The notes beneath the pieces are model-generated. The model worked only from the letters and a program-made list of their open reading frames with translations. It was not told the DNA's origin and ran no database searches. The translations under genes were made by a program, and so were the position numbers. DNA of 64,000 bases, taken from the NCBI GenBank assembly GCA_965248435.1, contig OZ252100.1, positions 3,168,001 through 3,232,000 on the forward strand, written 5' to 3'. The DNA is from Candidatus Latescibacterota bacterium. GTDB taxonomy: Bacteria; Latescibacterota; UBA2968; GCA-2709665. Numbering within the stretch: the stretch's first letter is position 1; every line of letters begins with the position of its first letter. This document shows, in pieces, positions 1 to 9,269 of this stretch.

Positions 1-1170
1 GCATAGCGTTCCCAGATAGGTGCCGTAGGCGTAGCTGATCCAGACGTGTTCGACGACGGCCTGGTAGATCCCTGTCTCGAGTACCAGAATAGTATCACGG
101 GGGCTAAGGTTTCGCGTGATCTCAACGACCTGCTGGGGCCAAAAGCCGGGTCCCTTGGGTTCGGCGCGCTCCTTTAGCTTTTGCAACGCAGCAGCGACGT
201 CTTCTGTCGCCCACTTTTCTGAGCCGGAAGCCGCAAGGCTGTCCAGGATGTCCGGAAGGTGACCAATGACTCGCGCCTCCGGCGCGTGTGGGATGTCACT
301 CCCCTGATCGATACAATCCAGCAATAGCACCGGCTGCTCGTAGGCCCACTCCTTCATCAATTCGTGGCGATCCCATCCGATTGTAAGGAAGAGGTCTGCC
401 TGGTCTGTGATGTGCTCCTCCGCCCTTCCGTGGGCTAGAAAGAGTCCACCAAAGAGCGGATGGTCTTCTGGAAACAGTCCTCGGGCTTTAACACTGGTCA
501 TTACCGGGATGGACCAGGCCTCTGCAAAACGAATGAGAGCATCGTCGGCGCCGGCGCGGGCGCAGGCAGCGCCTACCAGAGCCACAGGCTTTTCAGCCGC
601 GCGGAGTCTTTTGACGATGACATCTACGTCTGGAGTATCGGGTTTCAGACTCTCTCGGAGCGAGACCTCCGACGGTCCGAATTCCACCAGGTCCGCATGG
701 CCGTCGGGAACGTCTAGATGGACCGGCCCGGGACGTTCCTGGGACGCCGTTCGCCAGAGGGTCGAAAGGCAGGTGTCCGGGGTAAGAAGCTCTCGCCGTT
801 TGGTCGTCGGTGAAAAGACGCTCTCGTGATCCAGGTTCTGAAGTGCCGGAGGCCGGGAGAGCTTGCGCGAAAAAGTTTCGGTGATGGCCAGCATGGGCGC
901 GTGTTCCAACCATGCGTAGGCGACGCCGCTGTTCAAGTTCGCCGCCCCGGGACCTCTTATGGAGAGGCAGACGCCCGGGATTCCGGTGAGCTCGCCGTGG
1001 ACTGCGGCCATCATGGCAGCAGAACCCTCGTGCGCGGTGGCTACGAAATCTATGCCCCGACGGGAGGCCGCATCGATGAGATCCAGCGAGAAGCCGCTGC
1101 CGGGAATTCCGAAGATATAACGGATGCCCTGTGAAGAAAGGTGATCGGCAATGAGCTCGGCTCCGGTCAC
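1..1170 (-). CDS. Thiamine-pyrophosphate-binding enzyme (acetolactate synthase-like family), runs off the window edge
   Basis: Not in ORF track. Manual translation from GTG at 1170, which overlaps the upstream TGA, gives MTGAELIADHLSSQGIRYIFGIPGS...HEGSAAMMA...GPGAANL, the TPP-enzyme N-terminal signature. Confidence 0.85.
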   Translation of the reverse strand, partial: MTGAELIADHLSSQGIRYIFGIPGSGFSLDLIDAASRRGIDFVATAHEGSAAMMAAVHGELTGIPGVCLSIRGPGAANLNSGVAYAWLEHAPMLAITETFSRKLSRPPALQNLDHESVFSPTTKRRELLTPDTCLSTLWRTASQERPGPVHLDVPDGHADLVEFGPSEVSLRESLKPDTPDVDVIVKRLRAAEKPVALVGAACARAGADDALIRFAEAWSIPVMTSVKARGLFPEDHPLFGGLFLAHGRAEEHITDQADLFLTIGWDRHELMKEWAYEQPVLLLDCIDQGSDIPHAPEARVIGHLPDILDSLAASGSEKWATEDVAAALQKLKERAEPKGPGFWPQQVVEITRNLSPRDTILVLETGIYQAVVEHVWISYAYGTYLGTLC

Positions 1171-2219
1171 TGACCTGCTCCTTCCCACGTGAAGATGATC
1201 TTACCGGTCTTGCCCGAGTCAAAACATTCGTACGCTTCCGGGGCCTGTTCGATGGAGAACCGGTGGGTAATCAGGGACTCCATCGGCAGGTCTTTCTTCA
1301 GGACGAAGTCTACGATCTCGTCGTGTTGTCCACGGTTGAAGATCCACGATCCCATCAGGGTCAGCTGCTTAGAGATGATCTGCATCGTGTCCACGCTGAA
1401 AGAATCCCCGATGCCGACAATTGCGAGACGGGCGCCCTTGGCTGCGGCAGCCATCATGGCTTCCTGACCGTTCGAGTTTCCAGAGTAGTCGGCGCCTGCG
1501 TCCACGCCCCTGCCTCCTGTCAGATCTTGTATCGTCTTTACAGGATCGTTTCGAGACGCATCGATACCTTCAAAGGCACCGACCTTTCTGGCCAGTTCTA
1601 CGCGATCCGGCACAACGTCGACGCCGATAACGCTGGCTCCGCGCGCCGCAGCCATAATCACGGCGCAGAGGCCGACAGGACCCAGGCCGAAGATGGCTAC
1701 TGTATCCGCGCCCGAAACGTTCAGCCGATTGATCGACTGATAGGCGGTGCCGCCCGCACAGGAGATAATGACCGCTCGTTTGAAATCGAGCGCGTCCGGG
1801 ATCGACATGCAGTCTCGCTCTGGCGCGAGGATGAAGTCAGCAGATGAGCCGTCGCGAACAACGCCGTAGGCGCCTCGCTCCGGGCAGAGCGTCACGTCTC
1901 CTCTTCTACAGGCGCCGCAGTGTCCGCACCCGCAATGAAGGAACACAGTTACTCGATCACCGGGCTTCAAGCGCGACACCTTACTTCCGACTGCATCTAC
2001 GATACCGGTTGCTTCGTGCCCTGAGATCGTGTCGGGCGAACCTCCTGAGACTTTCCTATAGGCAAGCAGGTCCTCCCGGCCCTTCCTGTAGGTATGCATG
2101 TCGGACCCGCAGATCGACGCGACTTTCAGCTGAACGCGAACTTCGTCTGGACCCGGATCAGGCGTGGGGAAGTCTCTGACTTCCGCCCTGCGGTCTCCCG
2201 AAAACACAACGCCTCTCAT
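1167..2219 (-). CDS. Zinc-dependent alcohol dehydrogenase (MDR family)
   Basis: CGSD and GHE catalytic-Zn motifs, CGHCGACRRGDVTLC structural Zn, GLGPVG NAD-binding motif. Confidence 0.92.
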   Translation of the reverse strand: MRGVVFSGDRRAEVRDFPTPDPGPDEVRVQLKVASICGSDMHTYRKGREDLLAYRKVSGGSPDTISGHEATGIVDAVGSKVSRLKPGDRVTVFLHCGCGHCGACRRGDVTLCPERGAYGVVRDGSSADFILAPERDCMSIPDALDFKRAVIISCAGGTAYQSINRLNVSGADTVAIFGLGPVGLCAVIMAAARGASVIGVDVVPDRVELARKVGAFEGIDASRNDPVKTIQDLTGGRGVDAGADYSGNSNGQEAMMAAAAKGARLAIVGIGDSFSVDTMQIISKQLTLMGSWIFNRGQHDEIVDFVLKKDLPMESLITHRFSIEQAPEAYECFDSGKTGKIIFTWEGAGQ

Positions 2220-2370
2220 GACCCGCTCTCCATCCGGCCTCGAGGTGTCCGGATCTTCGGAATTGAATGTGTTATTCTTTTGCCGGTTAGATCTAAATTA
2301 GACGGTGATTCAAATTGCTTGATTTGAGTGAGGTCCGCATGCAACCGGTCCGCGTGTTCGTATACAAGGT

Positions 2371-3543
2371 TCACGCTTTGTTGCGCACAAAAGCCAGCGT
2401 TGGATCCGCCGCACGGATCTCTGCCTCCGGCAGGCCGAGTTCCTTCCTGACGATGTTGGTTCCTTCCACGAGCGCAATACATTTGTAGAACGCGATCCGC
2501 CTCGAGATCCCCTCACGACCGAACCCGCAGTCCGTGGTGATAATCAGCCGTTCCGGAGGGATGTGGTTCAAGGCCTTTCGGATGAGGTCCGCCACGACTT
2601 CCGGCGGCTCGACGACGGTGTTCGTGTGGCTCACGGCACCGATCGCGACCTTCTTATCGCTCGGAAGAGATTCAAGAAGGGCCAGATCCTTGCCTCCTGT
2701 GCTTGCGCATTCGAAGGTGATCGCGTCGGCGTTCAGCATGGAAAGGTATGGCAGCGCCCGTTCGTAACTGGGTCGCTCCCAGAATAGCGCCTGTTGACTC
2801 GGGTTTCCCCAGCAGGTGTGGACCCATATTTCCGCGTTTACTCCTTCCACCTCTTTGTTGAATGCCTCTGTCAAGAAGAGGAGATCCTCTTCGGTCGTTT
2901 CCGGGTTCAGCGCCCGAAAGTGATGCTGGGGCTCTTCCACCTGGATGAGCTGACATCCTGCCTCGGCCAATTCCTTCAGTTCGGCGTTGAAGATCGCGAC
3001 GAGATCAAGGATCATCTCCCGCTCGTTTCCGTAGGCCTCGTCCCAGAGCATGCTTGGAAGCGTCTGAGCGCTCACAGAGCCGAACTTCACCGGACGCTCT
3101 GTGAGTCGCTGCGCCGTCTGCCAAACGGCCGGGTATTCCATGGGCCCACGTCCCAGTTTCTCAACTGCCGTCGGTGCTTGATACGCTTCCTGGACTTCCC
3201 AAAGTATCTTCCCCGGCCGCAGGTCCAGGCGTTTTGACCATCCGGGTGAGTTATCTCGACGCCCGGCAACGCCTTCCATCCTCTCCAATGGGTAGAAGAA
3301 CCAGGACCGCCCCCCCACGTCCTGGTCGAACCGGGCGTCCCCGTCGGTCAGGATATCCAGGCCGGCCCTCGCCTGGTCGTTCAGGATACAGGCGACCGCA
3401 TCAAGATACTGCTCCCGAAATCGTTCATCCGCCAACGCGAGCTTGAACGGCCTTCCGCGCAGATTTTCCACGTACCAGTGCGGACGCGGATAAGAGCCGA
3501 CCATCGTCGTCGGTAGAATCTTGTCCTTTGTAACCGTGAGCAT
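2371..3543 (-). CDS. Cobalamin-independent methionine synthase II family protein (single-barrel MetE-like)
   Basis: TTMVGSYPRP start, GLDILTDG, HTCWGN and DCGF Zn ligands; 390 aa, about half of full MetE. Confidence 0.88.
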   Translation of the reverse strand: MLTVTKDKILPTTMVGSYPRPHWYVENLRGRPFKLALADERFREQYLDAVACILNDQARAGLDILTDGDARFDQDVGGRSWFFYPLERMEGVAGRRDNSPGWSKRLDLRPGKILWEVQEAYQAPTAVEKLGRGPMEYPAVWQTAQRLTERPVKFGSVSAQTLPSMLWDEAYGNEREMILDLVAIFNAELKELAEAGCQLIQVEEPQHHFRALNPETTEEDLLFLTEAFNKEVEGVNAEIWVHTCWGNPSQQALFWERPSYERALPYLSMLNADAITFECASTGGKDLALLESLPSDKKVAIGAVSHTNTVVEPPEVVADLIRKALNHIPPERLIITTDCGFGREGISRRIAFYKCIALVEGTNIVRKELGLPEAEIRAADPTLAFVRNKA

Positions 3544-3561
3544 ATGGCTGACCTGGCCTCC

Positions 3562-4926
3562 TCAGTTGTTAAGCACATCGGAACGAAGGTTCACTGTGAG
3601 TGTAAACGTCTCGCCTGAATCTGTGCTTTTGTAGAGAAAGAAGCCCTCGGTAATCGCGAAGGCTATTGTGGGGTCGGAGGGCGCGACCACAATATCCGTA
3701 ATTGTGCCGGTTGCATCCAGTACCGATTGACTCGACTGAAGACCATCAGTCGACCGGTAGAGCGTGGAGGAGCCTGCAAAAAGAACGAGCAGCGGATCTG
3801 AAGGAGAGACTGCGACGGGGCCGTTGGCCTGATTTATCTGAGTTGTGGACCAGGTTGTCCCGCCATCGATCGACTTTTGTAAAACAAACGAATTTCGCTC
3901 GTTCGCATAGATGGTTTGTCCGTCTGAAGAGACATCAAATCCTGTGATTAGAAGGGGCTGTAGTTCGGAGGCAAAGGCTTCCCAGGTGAGACCGGAATCT
4001 CGGCTTCTGAAGAAACCGAGATTTTCAGATGTCTCGCTGAAATTGAAGCCGAAGGTGATTAACTGGGTTTGTGGACTTGCCACCGCGAGCAATCGCCAGT
4101 ATCCGTTCTTAGTTTCATTTTCTGCGATTTCTACTCGAGACCAGGTATCACCGCGGTCGGAAGATCGATAGATACCGCCGTCAAAAAACTGACCCTGGAG
4201 GGCAGAGAATGAGGCCTCGCCGCCTTCCACGCCAATGATGACGACGTTGGGACTGTCCGGATCGACCTGAACGGAGGTGATGCGGGAATTGAAGAGCCCG
4301 CAGTTCGCACGGCTCCAGGTTTCTCCACCGTCCGTACTTTTGTAGACGCCGGCGGGGGCACTCGGGTGGTCCCCGATGATCGGTCCGGGCGAGTCCAGGG
4401 TCGCTGCGTAGACGTTGGATGGATCGACCGGGTCGAAGGCGATGTCCCAGACTTCCGGGTAACCATTGTTCGTGTGACGCAATCCGCTGCGGAACCTCGT
4501 CCAGCTTTCGCCACCATCGGTGCTCTTCACGAACCCGTTGCGCTCGGTGCCGATAAGGAGGATCTCCGGGTCCGATGGATGGACCGTCAGCGACCGGAAT
4601 GCATTGTCGTGGTCGGCCCCCTCCGGTCCGTCTGGTCCCTGGATGATCTCTAGCCCGTTTCCGACCTCGTTCCCACAGTCCTCCGGCTTTACCTCCTGAT
4701 CAAACAGCAAGACGAATGCGATAAAATCGAGGAGGTCGACCTTGCCACTGTGGTCGAGGTCGTACTTGCTCTGGGTGCTTTCGAAGGCTAATGCGAATTC
4801 TATGAAGTCGAGTAGATCGATCTTCCCACTGCCGTCAAAGTCGGCGTCGAAGGCTGTCTGTCCCAGGGCCGTGTGTGGAATGAGCAGCAGCAGCGAAACG
4901 ATGAGGATTGTCGTAGGTTTACTCAA
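3562..4926 (-). CDS. Secreted BNR/Asp-box (VPS10-like) beta-propeller protein with N-terminal EF-hand/dockerin-like pair
   Basis: Signal peptide; DFDGSGKIDLLDF and DLDHSGKVDLLDF repeats; many SxDxGxTW boxes. Confidence 0.8.
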   Translation of the reverse strand: MSKPTTILIVSLLLLIPHTALGQTAFDADFDGSGKIDLLDFIEFALAFESTQSKYDLDHSGKVDLLDFIAFVLLFDQEVKPEDCGNEVGNGLEIIQGPDGPEGADHDNAFRSLTVHPSDPEILLIGTERNGFVKSTDGGESWTRFRSGLRHTNNGYPEVWDIAFDPVDPSNVYAATLDSPGPIIGDHPSAPAGVYKSTDGGETWSRANCGLFNSRITSVQVDPDSPNVVIIGVEGGEASFSALQGQFFDGGIYRSSDRGDTWSRVEIAENETKNGYWRLLAVASPQTQLITFGFNFSETSENLGFFRSRDSGLTWEAFASELQPLLITGFDVSSDGQTIYANERNSFVLQKSIDGGTTWSTTQINQANGPVAVSPSDPLLVLFAGSSTLYRSTDGLQSSQSVLDATGTITDIVVAPSDPTIAFAITEGFFLYKSTDSGETFTLTVNLRSDVLNN

Positions 4927-4935
4927 TTGTCCTCG

Positions 4936-6114
4936 TCAGCCCTTGTGCTTGACCGTGAAGAAGGTGCCCAGCATCTCGCCCTCCCTGATGTCGTCCGGGT
5001 CGGCGTTGCCGTAGACGGCCAGCAGGGTGTCTGGCGCAACCTCTTCGACAGCACAGTAGTTCCACGCGTCCCAGGCCTTTGGGCCGTGATAGAACTGGAA
5101 GTGTCCGACCCAGGTGTCTCCGTCATCTGCGCTGAACATCAACCAGTTGTAAGGGCGACCGTATATGACGACAACGACCCCACTCTCCATCACGGTGGCA
5201 ACCGGCATCACGCCGCGGTCCGCGACGGGGAGGGGCATGCTCCATGTGTTGCCGGCATCGTTAGACCTGCTCATTCGGAGCGGCCTGACGCCGCCCCCGC
5301 CTACAGATCGCATGAAGGCGAGGACCTCCCCATTGGGCAGGATGACCGCATCCGGCTCGGTGAAGCCACCCAGGGTTGTTCTGTTGTTTCTGCTGAGGTC
5401 GAAGGCAACCGTTGAAAGATAGGTCCAATCTTTCCCGCGATCGGTGGAGCGGAAGGCAAAGATCCGGTTTTTAGGGAGGTCCCGGTTGTAGACGGTGCCG
5501 TTCTTCGAGACAGAGGTTCCGAAAACCACGACCGGGTCGTCCTCCCATCTGGCATAGTCGATGCCAAGCAGACTGCCGTCCCGGAGCTCCAGTATCCGCG
5601 CGTGACTCATCGCACTCAACTTCATCTTCTCGGGCACGTGGATGGCGATCTGTTCCAATTCCTCCGTCAGTCCGTTGTCTCGGGAGCGGACCAGCCATCC
5701 AAAGGACTTGGTGAAGCCCTTCAGATCACTTTTCTCGTCAGGTGGCGCAGCGTCGCAGGACAGACCGTCGCGCCTGACGAACTGGACGGTTTCGCCGTCG
5801 GACAGGTTGCAGGAATAGTTCGAGAACAGGGTGTTGACCTTGCTCCAGGATTTGGCCCCGTCGGTAGAACGCACTTGCGCATTTCTGGTGCCGGCTACAA
5901 GGTCGCCGTTGGGAAATTTGACGATGCTCCCGACACAAATCCCTCCGGCGTCTTCTTGAGGTATGATGACCTGAGTTTCACCTCGTTCAACTTCCAGACC
6001 GGCTCCGGTAAGCTCGCCCTGGACGTCCTCCAGGGTGTTGCACTGCAGGTCCTCAGGAATGTTGTAGCCGAAGGATTTTCTGTCCTTGGACCAGTGTGTC
6101 GATGGTATTGTCAT
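4936..6114 (-). CDS. Sialidase-like BNR-repeat protein (paralog 1)
   Basis: Asp-boxes STDRGKDW, SNDAGNTW, SADDGDTW; ATG at 6114 after a GGAGGAGG SD; no signal peptide. Confidence 0.8.
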   Translation of the reverse strand: MTIPSTHWSKDRKSFGYNIPEDLQCNTLEDVQGELTGAGLEVERGETQVIIPQEDAGGICVGSIVKFPNGDLVAGTRNAQVRSTDGAKSWSKVNTLFSNYSCNLSDGETVQFVRRDGLSCDAAPPDEKSDLKGFTKSFGWLVRSRDNGLTEELEQIAIHVPEKMKLSAMSHARILELRDGSLLGIDYARWEDDPVVVFGTSVSKNGTVYNRDLPKNRIFAFRSTDRGKDWTYLSTVAFDLSRNNRTTLGGFTEPDAVILPNGEVLAFMRSVGGGGVRPLRMSRSNDAGNTWSMPLPVADRGVMPVATVMESGVVVVIYGRPYNWLMFSADDGDTWVGHFQFYHGPKAWDAWNYCAVEEVAPDTLLAVYGNADPDDIREGEMLGTFFTVKHKG

Positions 6115-6162
6115 GATTGCCTCCTCCACTCAGGGTTCTGGCTGCTTTTCGATCGCCCGGGT

Positions 6163-7344
6163 TCAGCTTTTTCGTTTGACCGTGAAGAATGTAGCCATCT
6201 GTTCACCTTCTTCAACATCGTCTGGGTCGGCGTTGCCGTAGACTGCGAGCAGGGTGTCGGGCCCGACTTCCTCGACGGCACAGTAGTTCCACGCGTCCCA
6301 GGCCTTTGCGCCGTGATAGAATTGAAAGTGGCCGACCCAGGTGTGACCTTCATCCGTGCTGAACATGAGCCAGTTGTAGGGGCGGCCGTAGATGACGGCG
6401 ATCACCCCGTTCTCCATTACGGTCGCAACGGCCATCACGCCCCGGTCCGCGACGGGCATGGGCATACTCCATGTCTCGCCGCCGTCGTTGGATCTGCTCA
6501 TTCGGAGCGGGCGGATGGTACCGCCGGCCACGCACCGCATAAAGCAGAGGATCTCTCCGTTTGGAAGGATCACCGCATCCGGCTCGGTAAAGCCACCAAC
6601 GGTCAGTGTGTTGGTCCTGCTGAGGTCAAAGGCCACGGTGGAAAGATAGTGCCAGGTCTTTCCTCGGTCGGTGGAACGGATGACAAAGGTCCGGGATTTG
6701 CCGACTTCCCGTGACCATACGACCCCCTCCTTCGTACACCACGTTTCAAGCGTCGCCGCACCGTCACCCTCAAAACTGCCGTAGTCAGCTGCAATCAAGC
6801 TGCCGTCGTCCAGCTCGATGATTCTTGTATGATGCATCGCGGTCAGCTTGAGCTTTTTGGGTACATGGATGGGTACAAGCTCAACTTCCTCTGTCACGCC
6901 GCTGTCCCGGGATCGGACCAGCCACCCGAAGGCCTTGGTGTAGCCTTCCACGTCGCTCGCCTCATCCGGGGGAGCGACCTCCCAGCCGTGCCCGGTACGG
7001 CTTGCGAACTGGACGGTTTCACCGTCGGACAGGTTACAGGCATAGTTTCCGAACAGAGACTTGCCTACTTTGCTCCAGGTTTTGCCGCCGTCGCTGGAAC
7101 GCACCTGCGTCTTTCGCGTGGATGACTGGAGATCCCCGTTGGGGAACCTGACGATGCTCCCGACGCAAATCCCTCCCGCGTCTTCCTGAGAGACGATGAC
7201 CTGAGTCTCCCCACGTTCCACTTCCAGGCCGGCCTCTGCAAGCTCTTCCTGGACATCATCCAGGGTTTTAACCGGCAGATCTTCCGGAATGTTTATGCCA
7301 TAGGTCTTTCTGTCCTTGGACCAGTGTGTCGAGGGTATCGTCAT
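6163..7344 (-). CDS. Sialidase-like BNR-repeat protein (paralog 2)
   Basis: Same MTIPSTHWSKDRK start and near-identical C-terminus as paralog 1; Asp-boxes SSDGGKTW, STDRGKTW, SNDGGETW. Confidence 0.8.
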   Translation of the reverse strand: MTIPSTHWSKDRKTYGINIPEDLPVKTLDDVQEELAEAGLEVERGETQVIVSQEDAGGICVGSIVRFPNGDLQSSTRKTQVRSSDGGKTWSKVGKSLFGNYACNLSDGETVQFASRTGHGWEVAPPDEASDVEGYTKAFGWLVRSRDSGVTEEVELVPIHVPKKLKLTAMHHTRIIELDDGSLIAADYGSFEGDGAATLETWCTKEGVVWSREVGKSRTFVIRSTDRGKTWHYLSTVAFDLSRTNTLTVGGFTEPDAVILPNGEILCFMRCVAGGTIRPLRMSRSNDGGETWSMPMPVADRGVMAVATVMENGVIAVIYGRPYNWLMFSTDEGHTWVGHFQFYHGAKAWDAWNYCAVEEVGPDTLLAVYGNADPDDVEEGEQMATFFTVKRKS

Positions 7345-7387
7345 GATGGGATCCTTTGTGAGAGACACCCTGCGGGGGGGTGTCCAT

Positions 7388-7603
7388 GAGACGCCCCGGT
7401 GGGGCGTCTCTACGGGTTAATGGATCGCTGGAATCGAGACGCCCCACCGGGGCGTTCCCAGGTTAATGGATCGCCAGGATCGAGACGCCCCACCGGGGCG
7501 TTCCCACGGGTTAATGGATCGCCAGGATCGAGACGCCCCACCTGGGCGTTCCCACGGGTTAATGGATCGCCAGGATCGAGACGCCCCACCGGGGCGTCTC
7601 TAC
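7388..7603. repeat. Tandem array of five REP-like palindromes with ~48-bp period
   Basis: GAGACGCCCC-N3-GGGGCGT units start at 7388, 7436, 7482, 7530 and 7578, joined by a near-constant GGTTAATGGATCGCCAGGATC linker; the outer copies end in CTCTAC (GTAG on the minus strand). Confidence 0.9.
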
Positions 7604-7614
7604 AGGTTTTTGAG

Positions 7615-8100
7615 TTACTTCGGTACTTCGCTCATGAGTGCCAGGACGTTTTCGTCGAGGTCCTTGAAAAAGGCCATCCAGAGCTCGTGGTTCCCCATGT
7701 CTGCAATCATGTGGGGATCGTCCTCGAAGGAGACCCCCCTTTCCTTGAGCGCGTCGAACGAAGAGTTGATGTCTTCGACCTTGTAGTAGATGACCGAGCC
7801 CGGGTGATCCGATTCCGGGGTTTCGGGTTTGGAGAGCATGAGTCTGACTCCGCTGCAGTCGAAGAAGGCCATTCTGTCCATTTTGAAGAGCAGATTCATT
7901 CCGAGGGTCTTGTCGTAGAATTCGACCGCTCTGTCGATATCGTGCACTATCAGGGAAATTTGACCGATTTTGCCGAGGGAGAGTTCCTTTTCGCTGGACA
8001 TGCGTTGCTCCTTGTTGTCCGCCAAGTCAGACCCAGATACGTGGAGTGCTGTGACCATAAGCGCGATGAGAACTGCGAAGGTTCGTATACTTCCTTGCAT
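7615..8100 (-). CDS. VOC/glyoxalase family protein; start uncertain (8100 with a signal-like segment, or 8002)
   Basis: IGQISLIVHDIDRAVEFYDKTLG...FFKDLDENVLALM VOC pattern. Confidence 0.85.
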   Translation of the reverse strand: MQGSIRTFAVLIALMVTALHVSGSDLADNKEQRMSSEKELSLGKIGQISLIVHDIDRAVEFYDKTLGMNLLFKMDRMAFFDCSGVRLMLSKPETPESDHPGSVIYYKVEDINSSFDALKERGVSFEDDPHMIADMGNHELWMAFFKDLDENVLALMSEVPK

Positions 8101-8169
8101 CCCAATCCTCTTTTTTATTGGATTGGCCCCTCTTTTGCTATAACTATAATGCAGGAGAGGAATAAAAAG

Positions 8170-8198
8170 TTGACGCCTCAAAAAGAATTGCGTATACT
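8170..8198 (+). promoter_or_regulatory. Sigma70 promoter for the cold-shock gene
   Basis: TTGACG-N17-TATACT. Confidence 0.7.
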
Positions 8199-8334
8199 GA
8201 CCCCGAAATCGAAGCATGCCGGTCTCTGTATCCTATGCAGTCGAACAAAAAAGAAGACAACATGGCAAGGATCAGAAGTTCCGATTCTTGCCTTTTTGTT
8301 TGGGCAACAGGTAATAAATTCCCAGTAGAGAAAG

Positions 8335-8547
8335 GTGGTGAATCAGTTGGCAGAAGGCAAAGTGAAGTGGTTTAACGATGCCAAGGGCTTCGGGTTTATC
8401 GAGCAGGACGGCGGCGAAGATGTGTTTGTCCATTTTTCCGCGATCCAGGGCGATGGGTTCAGGTCATTGGCCGAGGGAGACAGTGTCCAATTCGACATTG
8501 CTCAGGGTCCTAAGGGGCTACAGGCCGAGAATGTGGTCAGACAATAA
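8335..8547 (+). CDS. cspA: Cold-shock protein (CspA family)
   Basis: [15 protein letters not shown] (RNP1) and DVFVHFSAI (RNP2). Confidence 0.96.
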   Translation: MVNQLAEGKVKWFNDAKGFGFIEQDGGEDVFVHFSAIQGDGFRSLAEGDSVQFDIAQGPKGLQAENVVRQ

Positions 8548-8581
8548 TCAGCGATAATTAAGAAGAGTTTTCGTTGGTTCC

Positions 8582-8621
8582 AATGGGTGTCATCTCGATG
8601 AGGTGGCACCCATTCTCTTTT
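8582..8621 (+). terminator. Intrinsic terminator after csp
   Basis: AATGGGTGTCATCTC-GAT-GAGGTGGCACCCATT hairpin followed by CTCTTTT. Confidence 0.65.
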
Positions 8622-8651
8622 CGGAACCGAGGATATCGTCCTCCCACCCGA

Positions 8652-9269
8652 CTATTTCTGCGTCTTAAGTCCAGCCTTTGCCGCTGCCAGGAGCAGATCC
8701 GGATCAAGCCGCACCTTATATTCAGGATTTACGTACTGGAAGAGAATCAGACCGTCTGTTCCGACCAGATAAACGGCGGGGACTGGCAGTGGACGCCTTC
8801 CCTGAGGACTGAATACGATTCCAAAGGCCCTGGCAACGGACAAATCTTCGTCAGAAAGGACACGATACGTAAGGCCGTGCTTTTCAATCGTGTTAAGGAT
8901 CTCCTCCGGAGGATCGGGGCTGAGGGCAAGGATTTGGTATCCCAGCTCGGCAAGCTCTGGTTGGATTCGCTGCAGTTGAACCAACTGCCGGTTGCAATGG
9001 GGTCACCAGAAGCCGCGATAGAAAACCAGAACCGTCGGTTTTTTGGAAAGCGCATCCTTCAAATCGAAACGGCGACCTTTCGTGATTTTCAGGTCCACAT
9101 CCGGGATGTGCGTTCCCACCAGGAGGGGCCGAACGTCAGACGGGGCGTTGGGCAGGGTGCTTTCATCCCCGGGCTCCTTTGCATCCGAGAACGTGAAATG
9201 AAACAAGATGGCGGACAGGGGAAAAAGGAGCAGGACCCTGCTTCGATCTAAACACCTACCAAATGCCAT
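8652..9269 (-). CDS. Peroxiredoxin-like (AhpC/TSA, Prx-like2) selenoprotein, Sec at TGA 9003-9005
   Basis: ORFs 9003-9269 and 8652-8984 are in the same frame; read-through gives VLVFYRGFW-U-PHCNRQL (UxxC in place of WCPxC); hairpin follows the UGA; N-terminal hydrophobic signal. Confidence 0.85.
8972..8988 (-). promoter_or_regulatory. Candidate bacterial SECIS hairpin
   Basis: mRNA GCAGUUG-GUU-CAACUGC; the apical loop begins 21 nt after the UGA and starts with GU. Confidence 0.7.

Noticed and set aside
407-1222. ORFs listed in the track for the first 1.2 kb
   Set aside because: They are shadows or alternate frames of the TPP-enzyme gene that runs off the window edge.
2216-2516. Short minus-strand ORFs between ADH and the MetE-like gene
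   Set aside because: They overlap the MetE-like CDS in other frames and show no motifs.
7388-7603. CRISPR array
   Set aside because: The spacers are near-identical rather than unique and no cas genes are present; it fits a REP/tandem repeat.
7399-8328. 309-aa plus-strand ORF with repeated peptide
   Set aside because: It is a translation of the DNA repeat plus the antisense of the VOC gene.
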